Shown here: in pieces, positions 48,775 to 58,800 of the stretch
Layout: every line of letters starts with the position of its first letter
How positions within the stretch are numbered: position 1 is the stretch's first letter
Assembly (NCBI GenBank): GCA_965649205.1
Contig: CBFGJV010000014.1
Location: 1-62,152 of the forward strand
From: a candidate division WOR-3 bacterium
Lineage (GTDB): Bacteria > Hydrothermota > Tepidihabitantia > Tepidihabitantales > Tepidihabitantaceae
Direction: 5' to 3'
DNA length: 62,152 nucleotides
Made by a program: the position numbers and the translations under genes
Notes under the pieces: model-generated
Seen by the model: the letters and a program-made list of their open reading frames with translations, nothing else
What the model was told of the DNA's origin: nothing
Databases searched by the model: none

Positions 48775-49332
48775 TCAAGCTCTTTCCACATAGGTGTTTG
48801 TCCTCGTATCCACTTTTATTTTGTCCCCGACTTTTATGAAGAACGGAACATCTACTACCAGACCAGTGGATAATTTGGCTGGCTTGCCACCGCCAGTTGC
48901 AGTGTCCCCGCGATATTCTGGTGGTGTGTCTACTACTTCCAGTGTAACGAACATCGGCGGCTGTACATCCACAGGCTGGCCGTCCACGTAGATGATCGTC
49001 ACTTCTTCGTTTTCGGTCAGGAGCAAACTTCGCTCTGAGACTATCTCCGGGCTCAGTGTGAACTGATCGTAAGTCTGCAAGTCCATGAAATGGTAGCCTA
49101 GCTCGTCTCGGTACATGTACTGGCATTTGCGTTCTTCCCGCTCGGCCTCTTCCAGCTTCATCTCCGATTCAAAACTCTCCTCGATGACTGCACCGGTACG
49201 GACATTCTTTATTCTGGCCAGTACTCTTGCTCGTCTCTGGGCTGTGCGCGTACGGGAGTAACTCAGGACAACATAGACCTCTCCATTGTATCTTATCAGA
49301 CTGCCGTTACGAAATTCATTGGGTGTTATCAT
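48775..49332 (-). CDS. efp: elongation factor P with non-canonical beta3-beta4 loop
   Basis: YMY.D...YHFMD.QTYDQ, GDTATGGGKPAKLSTGL...VP.FI..GD.IKVDTR...YVERA; loop reads RTRTAQRRAR. Confidence 0.95.
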   Translation of the reverse strand: MITPNEFRNGSLIRYNGEVYVVLSYSRTRTAQRRARVLARIKNVRTGAVIEESFESEMKLEEAEREERKCQYMYRDELGYHFMDLQTYDQFTLSPEIVSERSLLLTENEEVTIIYVDGQPVDVQPPMFVTLEVVDTPPEYRGDTATGGGKPAKLSTGLVVDVPFFIKVGDKIKVDTRTNTYVERA

Positions 49333-49357
49333 GCAGATGCTCCTTACGTTACTAACT

Positions 49358-50416
49358 TCATAATACCGTCAGCTGTTTAGGGCTTTGGGTCAGATTCTCA
49401 TAACCGCTTTCGGTTATCAGTACCATGTCTTCAATCCTTACTCCGCCCAGACCGGGCAGATAAATACCTGGTTCCACCGTCGCCACATCGCCCGGCGCCA
49501 ATGCGTCCCGGCTGGCAAAAGAAAGTCCGGGCAGTTCGTGCACTTCCAGCCCTACTCCATGTCCCAACCCGTGACCGAATTGGTCGGCATATCCCATATC
49601 TCTTATATAGTCCCGGGCCGCGGCGTCGACTTCCGCGCACTTCGCTCCTGGCCCGATAGCCGCCAGTGCCCGCCTCTGGGCTTCCAGTACAATGTGATAG
49701 ACTTCGGCGAGAGTCGGGTCAGGGCGACCGAGAAAAACGGTTCTGGTCATATCCGAGCAGTATCCCTGATACCGACACCCGAGGTCAAAAGTAACTACGT
49801 CGCCTTTGCGCAGGCGGCGGTCGGACGGTTCAGCGTGCGGAAAAGCCGCATTCGGGCCTGATGCTACGATAGAAGGGAAAGCTCGCTCGCCGTGACGGCG
49901 GAATATGAATTCAATTTCTGCGGCTAAGTCTAGTTCCCGCACACCGGGTTTGACGCAGCCAAGAATGTGGTTGAATGCCTTTTCGGTAAATCGCTGGGCC
50001 TGGAGAATCAATTCCACTTCTGCATTCTCTTTGGTCCGGCGCAGACCTAGCACAAGGTCATCGATGCCTATCAGCCTTGTTTTTCTTGTTTGACGACGGA
50101 GCGTCTGAAGTCTGGCTACGGTCAGGTAGCTTTTCTCGAATCCCAACCGGTCTATGTCCCGAAGATATTTCGTCGGGAAATCCGCGAACAGGTCTCTTTT
50201 GTGTATATGAATGCGGCAACCATGGACCTGGCGCTTTGCCTGCTCTTGGTAGCGAAAGTCTGTGAAGAAATAGGCGCTATGACGGCTTATTAGCACCATG
50301 CCGTTGGAACCGGTGTATCCGCACAGATACCGGATATTAGATGGACTGGTAACAAGCAGGCCGTTTAGTTTCTTCTGAGCTATCAGTTTGCGTAACCTTT
50401 GGATGCGAGTCGGCAT
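49358..50416 (-). CDS. Xaa-Pro aminopeptidase (M24)
   Basis: NIRYLCGYTGS, DFRY, D.G...GYCSDMTRT, HGLGHGVGLEVHE, EPGIY, GVRIED. Start at ATG 50416 behind TTGACC-16-TAGAAT. Confidence 0.95.
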   Translation of the reverse strand: MPTRIQRLRKLIAQKKLNGLLVTSPSNIRYLCGYTGSNGMVLISRHSAYFFTDFRYQEQAKRQVHGCRIHIHKRDLFADFPTKYLRDIDRLGFEKSYLTVARLQTLRRQTRKTRLIGIDDLVLGLRRTKENAEVELILQAQRFTEKAFNHILGCVKPGVRELDLAAEIEFIFRRHGERAFPSIVASGPNAAFPHAEPSDRRLRKGDVVTFDLGCRYQGYCSDMTRTVFLGRPDPTLAEVYHIVLEAQRRALAAIGPGAKCAEVDAAARDYIRDMGYADQFGHGLGHGVGLEVHELPGLSFASRDALAPGDVATVEPGIYLPGLGGVRIEDMVLITESGYENLTQSPKQLTVL

Positions 50417-50580
50417 ATTTCTGCATTCTAGATGCTTACCGTTTCTGGTCAAGCCTGAGTGCGTATTTCTGTGAAACCACAAGGTTAATCTCATATAGTG
50501 ATGGCACAGGGAAAATGTCAGTGTTGAATGGTGCCGCGACTGTCTTGCTGGGTGCAGATGAGGTGCGGGGGCGGTTATCC

Positions 50581-50880
50581 GGGAGATTTCTGCAGTTGCA
50601 GGCAGATGGAAGAGGGCAGGGGCCTGGTTGAGCGGAGGGCTGTTGACTTCGCAAACAGTAGAGCGGTACTGCTGCCAGATGGTCTGGGTAGGAGCTGTTG
50701 AGAGCGCTGGGTGGATAACAGGGAAGAAGGCCTTAGGGAAGGCAGATTGAGCTCACAGGACAAAGACCCAGCAGTGTGCTGAGACAGGAATCTGCTGGGC
50801 CTGTGGCCGAGTAGCCCGGGGAACGGCTCGGGGAGCTGGGGAGGGGGGACGGGGAGAAACGGTATAACTGGCTGTATGGC
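50581..50880. repeat. second, more decayed purine-rich tract with 12-bp period
   Basis: Cut into 12-mers from 50581, 18 of 25 units carry purine-pyrimidine (GC/GT/AC/AT) at columns 6-7; best units gagtagcccggg and gaacggctcggg. Confidence 0.45.
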
Positions 50881-50913
50881 AAAGGGTTAGGTTGAAAATT
50901 GCATAAGTCGTCG

Positions 50914-50933
50914 ATAATACTTATGAGTATTAT
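50914..50933. promoter_or_regulatory. palindromic operator-like site
   Basis: ATAATACT-tatg-AGTATTAT, a perfect 8-bp inverted repeat in an AT-rich patch. Confidence 0.45.
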
Positions 50934-51243
50934 TGTGTCCTGTCGTTTTTGTGATTTATTACTACCTTATGCTGTTTACTGAGTAAGAAAGGGGGCAGAC
51001 CACTGTCGAAGGGGGTGGCTTCTGGTCTCGGCGATGAAGTCGGCAGCAGGACCCTGGAGATACCCAAGACGGCTTGGGATGCCGAGACGGAGGCGATACA
51101 CGACACCGTCGATTTTAAGTTCTTTGAGGTGGATCGTATGTGACAATTCACGCGGACAGCGGGTTTTCTGGAGACATGAGCAGTGCGAAAATATGTGCGG
51201 AGTTCTGCTCCTTCGTTTCGGTAAGTCGAAAAAATCAGGCTGT

Positions 51244-51298
51244 ATGTACATAATGTATTTACATCTTACTTGACAGTGGGGAGGTGAAGGACTAAAAT
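51244..51298 (+). promoter_or_regulatory. leaderless promoter of the trmB-like gene with an upstream imperfect palindrome
   Basis: ATGTAcATA-atg-TATtTACAT (51244-51264), then TTGACA-17-TAAAAT, 8 nt before the ATG. Confidence 0.7.
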
Positions 51299-51306
51299 AA
51301 TCCGGC

Positions 51307-52161
51307 ATGAAGCTGTTGGAGCAGCTGGTGACGTTTGGGCTCACCAAGCACGAGGCGAGAGTGTATAGAGCGCTTCTGACGGTGCGAGAAGCGAAGGCGG
51401 CGGAGATTGCGGCTATGACTGGTATCCAGCGGCCCCATGTGTATGTGACCTTGCGGCGTCTGCTGGACAAAGGGTTGATTTCGCACGGCAAGGGCAAGGT
51501 GGGGGTGTTTTCTGCCATAGCGCCCGAGGTGGCGTTTTCTGAGACGTTACGTCGTAAACGAATTGAGCTACGGGAACAAACAGAGATGTTGCGGGAACTG
51601 AGTCGGGCCTACAGATTGCGAATGGGCCCGGTTGGTACTGCCGCAGCCATAGAGGTTTTAAGAACCCCACCCGGCCGTACGAGCGCAGGATTCGAGGACC
51701 GACTGGAATGTGTCAAACGGGCTGAGCGTGAAATACTATTCTTGACCAAGATGCATCTGCCGGAGATTCCGCTTGAAACTGATCGCAAGTTGCTGGGGCG
51801 GATGGACCGGGCCGAGATTGCTGCTATGAGGCGGGGGGTTATCTGTCGATGTGTATTTCAGGCAGATTACTTGAACGACCCTTGGGAGCGGGAGAGGGAG
51901 AGGGTTCTGGTGAAGGCGGGCGAGCAGGCTAGAGTGGTAGAGAGCTTACCAATGAACATGGTGGTCATTGACCGACGCTGGGCCTGGTTCAGGCCAGGAA
52001 GTGTAAAAGAGAGAGGTGTCACCTACAAGGTCAACGATTCAGTTCTTTGCGAAGTATTGGCCAGTGCCTTCGAGTACTACTGGCAATTGGGAGAAGATGT
52101 AACTCGCTACCTCCAGCGTCAAGAAAAAAGACTCAAAAAGGAGAAAGGGATCGATGAGTGA
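51307..52161 (+). CDS. TrmB-family transcriptional regulator
   Basis: FGLTKHEARVYRALL, EIAAMTGIQRPHVYVTLRRLLDKGL (HTH); C-terminal effector-like domain (GEQARV, LP.NMVVID). Confidence 0.88.
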   Translation: MKLLEQLVTFGLTKHEARVYRALLTVREAKAAEIAAMTGIQRPHVYVTLRRLLDKGLISHGKGKVGVFSAIAPEVAFSETLRRKRIELREQTEMLRELSRAYRLRMGPVGTAAAIEVLRTPPGRTSAGFEDRLECVKRAEREILFLTKMHLPEIPLETDRKLLGRMDRAEIAAMRRGVICRCVFQADYLNDPWERERERVLVKAGEQARVVESLPMNMVVIDRRWAWFRPGSVKERGVTYKVNDSVLCEVLASAFEYYWQLGEDVTRYLQRQEKRLKKEKGIDE

Positions 52162-55100
52162 GATAGTGATAGGGAAAAAGTCTTTGCTGCTAGTTGGGGC
52201 ATGCTGGGTCGTGGCGTTGGGGCAGATGTCCGGCACCTATACCATAAAGCCGACTGGAGGCGACTTTCCTTCTTTTGTTGCCGCGGCCGCGGCGCTGAAG
52301 TCACAGGGAGTAGGTGGAGACTGCCGGTTTGTAGCGTATTCCGGAACCTATACGGGCAGTGTGGTACTGCGCAACATTGCTGTGGGTTCCTTCAGCATCG
52401 TGTTCTGCGCGGCCCCGGGCGAGAGCGTGACCATAGAAGCTGGAGCGCTGTACGCTTTTCGGGTGGATACGACCAGGAACGTGACCATCGAGGGTCTGCG
52501 GGTGCGGGGCGCCTCGGGTACAAACTCGGCTACGATTCGCTTCTACCGCTCCAGCGGCGGCAGGGTGAAGGATTGCGTCGTGGGCGGTTCGACCAATACC
52601 AAATGGGGTGTCTGGGTCAGCGAGTCGGACAGCGTAGAAGTCCTGACCACTAGTGTGACCGGGGTACGCTCCACGCTGGCTGCGGCCTTGTACTTCAATG
52701 CGGCGCGAGGCTGCCGGGTCAGGAATTGTACTACAGGGGGAGCGCCTGACTACGGTATACAGGCGGTGAACTCCGACAGCCTGGTTATAGAGGGCACGAC
52801 CGTGACAGCCGCATCGGGTACGGTTTCGGCCGCTATCTACCTCAGTAGTATGCGAGGAGCGCGAGTGGTGAATTGTTCCACCAATACTGATTCCAAGTAC
52901 GGAATCTGGCTGGAAAAGGCGCCTGGCGCAAGAGTGGAGAATACCAGCGTGCGCTCCACGGCAGGAACGGTGACTGCCGGTATTCTCCTAGATGATGCTG
53001 ATTCCAGCATCGTGCGGGGTTGTATCGTGCGCGGGGAGCCGGACTGCGGCATAAAGGTGGGTGTGTACAGTGACAGAGACTCCATAATCGGCAATCAGGT
53101 ACTCACCACACGTGATTACGGCATCTTTCTGGAAGGATACACGCCAAGTTCACCCGGTGTGGGCACGGTTGTGGCGAACAACTATGTCAGAGGCTGGACC
53201 GAGAACGGTATCAGACTCTACCGGCAGAGCGGCACAGGGCTGTACTACAACACTGTAATCGGGCCGACGCCGTCTGCCACGGGAAAGATAGGCGTTCATC
53301 TATATTCGGCTGTAACCGGACTGACAGCGCTGAACAATATTATCTGGAATACCGGCACGGGCACTTCCTGCTGTTACAGCATACAGGGCGGCTCCTCGTT
53401 TGCCCGGTCAGACTACAATGACTTGCTCAGTCCTGCCGGCGTAGTCGGCCGTATAGGCTCCACTTCCTACGCGACTCTGGATGCCTGGCGCGGCACTGCC
53501 GGCGGGCCGGATTCCAACAGCATTTCCGAAGACCCGCAGTTCATCGTTGCGGGCGACCCACACATCAGGCCGGATTCGCCCTGTCGGTTCAAGGGTACAC
53601 GGATTCCCGGCATAGGCTTTGACCTGGACAGCCAGCCGCGGGACACGGTACGGCCCTGCATCGGCGCGGACGAGTACTATGGCAAGGACGCAGGCATCAC
53701 GGCTATTCTTTCGCCGTCCAGAGAGGTATTGGTCGGAACGGACGTTCTGCCCCAGGTCACTCTCAAGAGCTTCGGAACCGAGGATGTGACATTGGACGTG
53801 CGGCTGGTCATTTCAGACAGCGCGGGCGCAGTGGTATATGACACTGTGGGACAGGACATTGCGCTTCCGGCTGGCGCGACACGGAATCATACTTTCACCC
53901 GTGTCTGGCCGGCTACTTCCTTAGGCAGATACGGTGTATTGGCCTATACGTTGCTTGAAGGAGACCTGTGGCCCGGGAACGACACGGCAAGGGTCGCGGT
54001 TCGCGTGGTGGTGCGCGATGCTGGAGCCTCAGTCGTGCTTGCACCGGCAGGCAGTCTGCCCGAGAGCGCGAACGTAGCGCCCTGGGTGAGGGCGAGAAAC
54101 TACGGCACTCAGGATGTGACCGTAGCCCTGCGTTGTCTGATTGCGGACAGCGGTGGTGCAGTGGTGTACGATACGACCGAGCAGGGCATTTTTCTTGCCG
54201 CGGGAGACAGCACACAACGTACATTCACAAAGACCTGGCGTGCGGCTCCGGTCGGCGCTTACTCGGTACTGGCCCATACGATTCTGGCCGGGGACCAGAA
54301 TCCGGGGAACGATACCTGCCGCGGCTCGTGCACGGTGTTCCTTGCAGACGTGGGCGTGTCTGCGCTGGCTGCGCCTGCCGGAACGGTTGATTCGGGTACT
54401 ACCGTCGTGCCGGCCTGCACTGTCTATAACTACGGTACGGTGCCGGGAACCTACACGGTGCGGATGAGAATTGGTACTGCGTACGACGAAGTTGTCAATG
54501 TCACCGACCACGCACCGGGCGCATCTCTGGTCCTCAACTTCCCTGCCTGGACAGCTCTGCGCCGGGGCAGTCAGGCGGTGTCCTGTTCCACCCGGCTGGT
54601 TGGTGACCGCAGGCCGGCAAACAACCGGAAGACAGGTACGGTGAGCATACGCGTGCTGGATGCGGCTGCGGTCAGGATACTGGCGCCGTCAGGTGTGATT
54701 GATTCGGGTGCGGCCGTGACGCCCAGTGCGGTTGTGCGCAACCGGGGAACCGAATCAGCATCGTTCACTGTATGGTTCCGCATCGAACACGGGACAGACG
54801 AGGGGCCGGGCGGTTATGGTCTGTTTGCCCCGGACCTGCCGGTGGCGATGGTCTGGCAGTCCTACCTTGATTCAGTACAGGTGGCCGTGGGTGCGGGCGA
54901 TTCGGCCCTGGTGCAGTTCAGACAGTGGAGGGCCGAGACACCGGACACCTATCGCCTGGCGGCATTCACCACTCTGGCCGGCGATATGGTGCCGGCCAAT
55001 GATACGATGCGAGGTCAGGTTGTCGTGAGCAAGCGGGTGCACGATGTGGCCGCGATTCAGATTCTAGCGCCGACCGGGCAGATGGACTCGGGCACGGTGG

Positions 55101-55666
55101 TTGTGCCGCGGGCAGTGGTGCAGAATCGGGGCACGGTCCCAGAGACATTCCGCGTCAGGCTGGCTATTGGTTCGACTTACAGCGACACTCAACAGGTAAC
55201 CATTGGCAGAGGGGCCGCGGACACGGTTGACTTTGCGGCCTGGGTTGCCGGGCCGGTCGGGATGCTGGCCGTTTCCTGCTCCACGATGCTTACAGGAGAC
55301 GGGAATCCGGCGAACGACCGGGTGTTGGATTCGGTGATCGTGAATGCGGTAGGCGCAATCAGGGAGGAAGCAGGACTGCCGATAGGCCGCTGGCAGTTCT
55401 CCATAGCGCCGAACCCGATAGCGAACGGATTCGCTACGCTCAGGTTGCAAGGGTTCCAGGGTTCAAGGGTTGAAGGCGCGCATCTGCGCGTGTTTGACGC
55501 GGCCGGCCGGTGCGTCCTCGTCCAGGCAGTGGCCAACAGCCAATCGCCAATGGTGCTTGACCTGAGCAGATTGCCGGCTGGCGTCTATGCGGTCAGGGTC
55601 GAGGTAGAAGGATTGTCGGTCTGGCAGAAGCTGATAGTACAGCGGTATGAAGTGGAGGGTTATTGA
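52154..55666 (+). CDS. secreted right-handed beta-helix (PbH1/NosD-like) + CARDB-repeat protein with T9SS-like C-terminal domain
   Basis: MSGTYTI..GGDF.SF, about 25-aa beta-helix repeats, SDYND, DP.F, D.D...R....IGADE, five DAG....AP...ND units, APNP...PAGVY...QKLIV. Confidence 0.85.
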   Translation: MSEIVIGKKSLLLVGACWVVALGQMSGTYTIKPTGGDFPSFVAAAAALKSQGVGGDCRFVAYSGTYTGSVVLRNIAVGSFSIVFCAAPGESVTIEAGALYAFRVDTTRNVTIEGLRVRGASGTNSATIRFYRSSGGRVKDCVVGGSTNTKWGVWVSESDSVEVLTTSVTGVRSTLAAALYFNAARGCRVRNCTTGGAPDYGIQAVNSDSLVIEGTTVTAASGTVSAAIYLSSMRGARVVNCSTNTDSKYGIWLEKAPGARVENTSVRSTAGTVTAGILLDDADSSIVRGCIVRGEPDCGIKVGVYSDRDSIIGNQVLTTRDYGIFLEGYTPSSPGVGTVVANNYVRGWTENGIRLYRQSGTGLYYNTVIGPTPSATGKIGVHLYSAVTGLTALNNIIWNTGTGTSCCYSIQGGSSFARSDYNDLLSPAGVVGRIGSTSYATLDAWRGTAGGPDSNSISEDPQFIVAGDPHIRPDSPCRFKGTRIPGIGFDLDSQPRDTVRPCIGADEYYGKDAGITAILSPSREVLVGTDVLPQVTLKSFGTEDVTLDVRLVISDSAGAVVYDTVGQDIALPAGATRNHTFTRVWPATSLGRYGVLAYTLLEGDLWPGNDTARVAVRVVVRDAGASVVLAPAGSLPESANVAPWVRARNYGTQDVTVALRCLIADSGGAVVYDTTEQGIFLAAGDSTQRTFTKTWRAAPVGAYSVLAHTILAGDQNPGNDTCRGSCTVFLADVGVSALAAPAGTVDSGTTVVPACTVYNYGTVPGTYTVRMRIGTAYDEVVNVTDHAPGASLVLNFPAWTALRRGSQAVSCSTRLVGDRRPANNRKTGTVSIRVLDAAAVRILAPSGVIDSGAAVTPSAVVRNRGTESASFTVWFRIEHGTDEGPGGYGLFAPDLPVAMVWQSYLDSVQVAVGAGDSALVQFRQWRAETPDTYRLAAFTTLAGDMVPANDTMRGQVVVSKRVHDVAAIQILAPTGQMDSGTVVVPRAVVQNRGTVPETFRVRLAIGSTYSDTQQVTIGRGAADTVDFAAWVAGPVGMLAVSCSTMLTGDGNPANDRVLDSVIVNAVGAIREEAGLPIGRWQFSIAPNPIANGFATLRLQGFQGSRVEGAHLRVFDAAGRCVLVQAVANSQSPMVLDLSRLPAGVYAVRVEVEGLSVWQKLIVQRYEVEGY

Positions 55667-55815
55667 CAATGTGTGTGTGGGGGGGGAGCGTATGATTATA
55701 TGTGTAGGCTACACCCGAGTACAATCAGTGATACGGAGTTCGGTCTTGCGGCATTGGTCGCGGGGCTCGAGCCATCGAACAGAAGGCACAGCATGTCCGA
55801 AAACCAGGAGGTTGT

Positions 55816-58800
55816 ATGTCCAGAGGCAGTCTGAGAGCCGTCGTAGTAGTAGTCAGTATCCTTGCCGCCGGCGCAATGATGCCGGTGCTGGGAGCGACAA
55901 TCAACAGTAACACGACAAATGGCGCATGGAAAGACCCCAATTCGTGGAGTCCGACCCAGGTGCCAACCAGCGACGACACAGTCACGATTCTGACTGGCCA
56001 CAACATCATCATTTCTGATGAAGATGCGGAAGCTGGAGCCCTGTATGTTGTCAATGCTACCGGGTCTGCGAACATCAGCGGCCTTACTATCGGGGCTGGT
56101 CGCAAGCTGACAGTGTCGCGTGCAGTGACTGTGGGTCAGACCACCACGTCAGAACCGAGAGGAACCGCGCTGTTGCGGGTTGGCGACGGTGAACTTCAGG
56201 CGGCAAGCATTGCCTTGAGATGTTACAGTACGAGCACCAGCTATGCGAAGTGCTCCCTTGCTGTGGCAAACGGCACCATTACCGTTTCCGGCGGGATAAC
56301 GTTCACCAGCACACAGGCGTTCTTCAACTCATCGGGCAACAGCACGGTCTATGTTGGCGGCAATTTCGGTAGCGGGGGCACGCTGACCACATCCAACACC
56401 GGCACAATCGTGTTCAACGGCACGGGCACGCAGAATATGGGCGTGTACACGACCTACAACAATGTAACCATCAACAAGAGCGCCGGCACTGCCTCTCTGC
56501 TCGGCGCCACCACGATGACCGGTGCGCTCACTGTTTCCGCGGGTACCTTCGGCGTCGGGGTCAATGCGCTCACAGTGCAGGGCGACTTTTCCGTGAGCGG
56601 TGCGGTGACGGGAACAGGCACCATCACACTCACCGGTGCCAACGGGACAGCGATTGGCGGAATCGGCGGCACTGTCGCCTGTCCGGTCACGGTCACGACC
56701 AACGCAAGGACGGTGGCCGCTTCAACCGACCTGACGCTTTCCGGAACATTCACCATCACCGGCGTGACAGTGACGAACAACGGGACGCTCAGAGTGACTA
56801 CCGCGCTCTCCGGTACCGGCGGACTGACGCAGGCCGCAAGTTCGTTTCTCTACCTCGGAGGCACCTGCGGCATCAGTACCTTGACCGCGAGCGCGGACCC
56901 GAACACGGTGGTCTACAACAGCACCACCGCGGCGCAGACCATCAAGGGAACGACGTATCACCACCTGACTGTGAACAAGAGCGGCCAGACCGGCACGCTG
57001 GGTGCGGCGACCACAGTCAACGGCAACCTGACAGTCAGCGCCGGAACCCTGGCCGACGGCGGGTACCAGATAACCGGAGGCGCGTATGATGCCGGCGCTC
57101 TGACCGTTGCGTCCGGCGCAGGCCTGACTTTGGGTTCTGGTACGAACGCAACAACCTTCCCGACCAACTTTGCGCCTGTGGTCCTCACAGGCAGCACAGT
57201 CACCTACGCCTCGACCGCGGCCCAGACAGTGGCGGGTCGGGAGTATCACAATCTGACCTTGAGCGGCGCTTCTACCAAGACCGCGGACGGCAACGTTACG
57301 GTGAACAACACGCTGACCATCTCTGCCGGCACGTTCAGCGACAACGGATTCGTTATCACGGCCAAGGGCACGGTGACCAATACCGGCGCGCACGCCAGCA
57401 CCGGCTCAGGCAAACTGCTCTTGACCGGCAGTAGCGGTCCGCGCACGATTTCGGGCGCGGGCAGTCTGGGCAACGTGGAACTGGACGACGCGAACGGTGT
57501 TACCATGGGTGCGGCTTTTGCCATCAGCGGTAATCTTACCATAACCACCGGTACCTTCGGTAACGGTACCTATGCGCTCACGATTGGCGGCAATCTCGTC
57601 AATTCGGCAACTTTCAACGCCGGTTCGGGCGTCATCACGATGAATGGAAGCAGCAAAGAGATAACCTCCGCTGTGCCTCTGACAATACCGAGTCTCACAG
57701 TGTCTGGCACGGTGAAAAACAAGATCGTCTTGACCGTTAACACGCTGGCTGTGAGCGGGACCTTCACGAACGAGAATGACCTGACCGTGAATGGGTTTGG
57801 CAGCGGCACCGGTACGCTGGCTAACGCGGCTAACGCAACGTTGCGCATTGCCGCGGCTTCGGTTACTCCTGCTCTGAATGCATCCGCAGACCCGAATGAG
57901 GTTATCTACACTGGGTCCAACCCGACCATAAGGGCGGCTACCTATCATAACCTTACGGTGCAGAACGGCGGCAGTCTGGCCGCGGCCACAACGGTGAACC
58001 GCACACTGACCATTACTGCCGGCACGCTTGCCCTCGGCTCCTATGCTTTGACCATAGGCAGTTCGGGAAACCCGACCAGCCTGACTCACGACAAGACCAT
58101 CACCCAGGGCACGGGCGCGATGACGGTCTGGGGCAGTTACACCAACAACGGCACGCATACGCAGAGTTCCACTGGTTCCCTGACAGTCAACGGTCCCTAC
58201 ACCAACAATGGCACGCACACGCAGACTTCCAGCGGGCGTGTGGTAGTCAACAGCGGTCTGTACACGGTCAGCAGCACAGGCAAGCACACCCAGAGCAGTA
58301 CAGGCGGGCTGAATGCCAACGGAGGATTCCTCATTGAAGAGGGTGGAAGTCTCTCGGCAAACGTCTCCTCAACCAGTTCCTGGGGGGCAGGAGTTCCATT
58401 TGTCCGACTTGTGGTTCCAGCAGGGCAGACGTTCATCAATCGTGGCTCCTACACCTACACGCACGCCGCGACCGGGGCTAATCACGAAGTCACTCTCACC
58501 CTGGGCACATTCACTAACTACGGAACTTTTACGGTCGAGAACAATTCAACAGAACCGACTGCCATAGTCACTACGACGTGCCCTGGACTGCTTACGAACT
58601 ACGGCAAGTTCAACCTGAAAACGGGTGCGGCAATCCATAATGTCACCTTCCAGGCAGATGTCCAGAACAAGCCCACGGCAGAGGAGTTCAAGGCGAGCGG
58701 GGCGTGCGCACTCACGGTCAACGGCAATCTCAGTAACGAACAGCCCGCGCCCGGGCCGGACTTCGGCACCGGGATGGTGACCTTTGCCGGCGATGCCACC

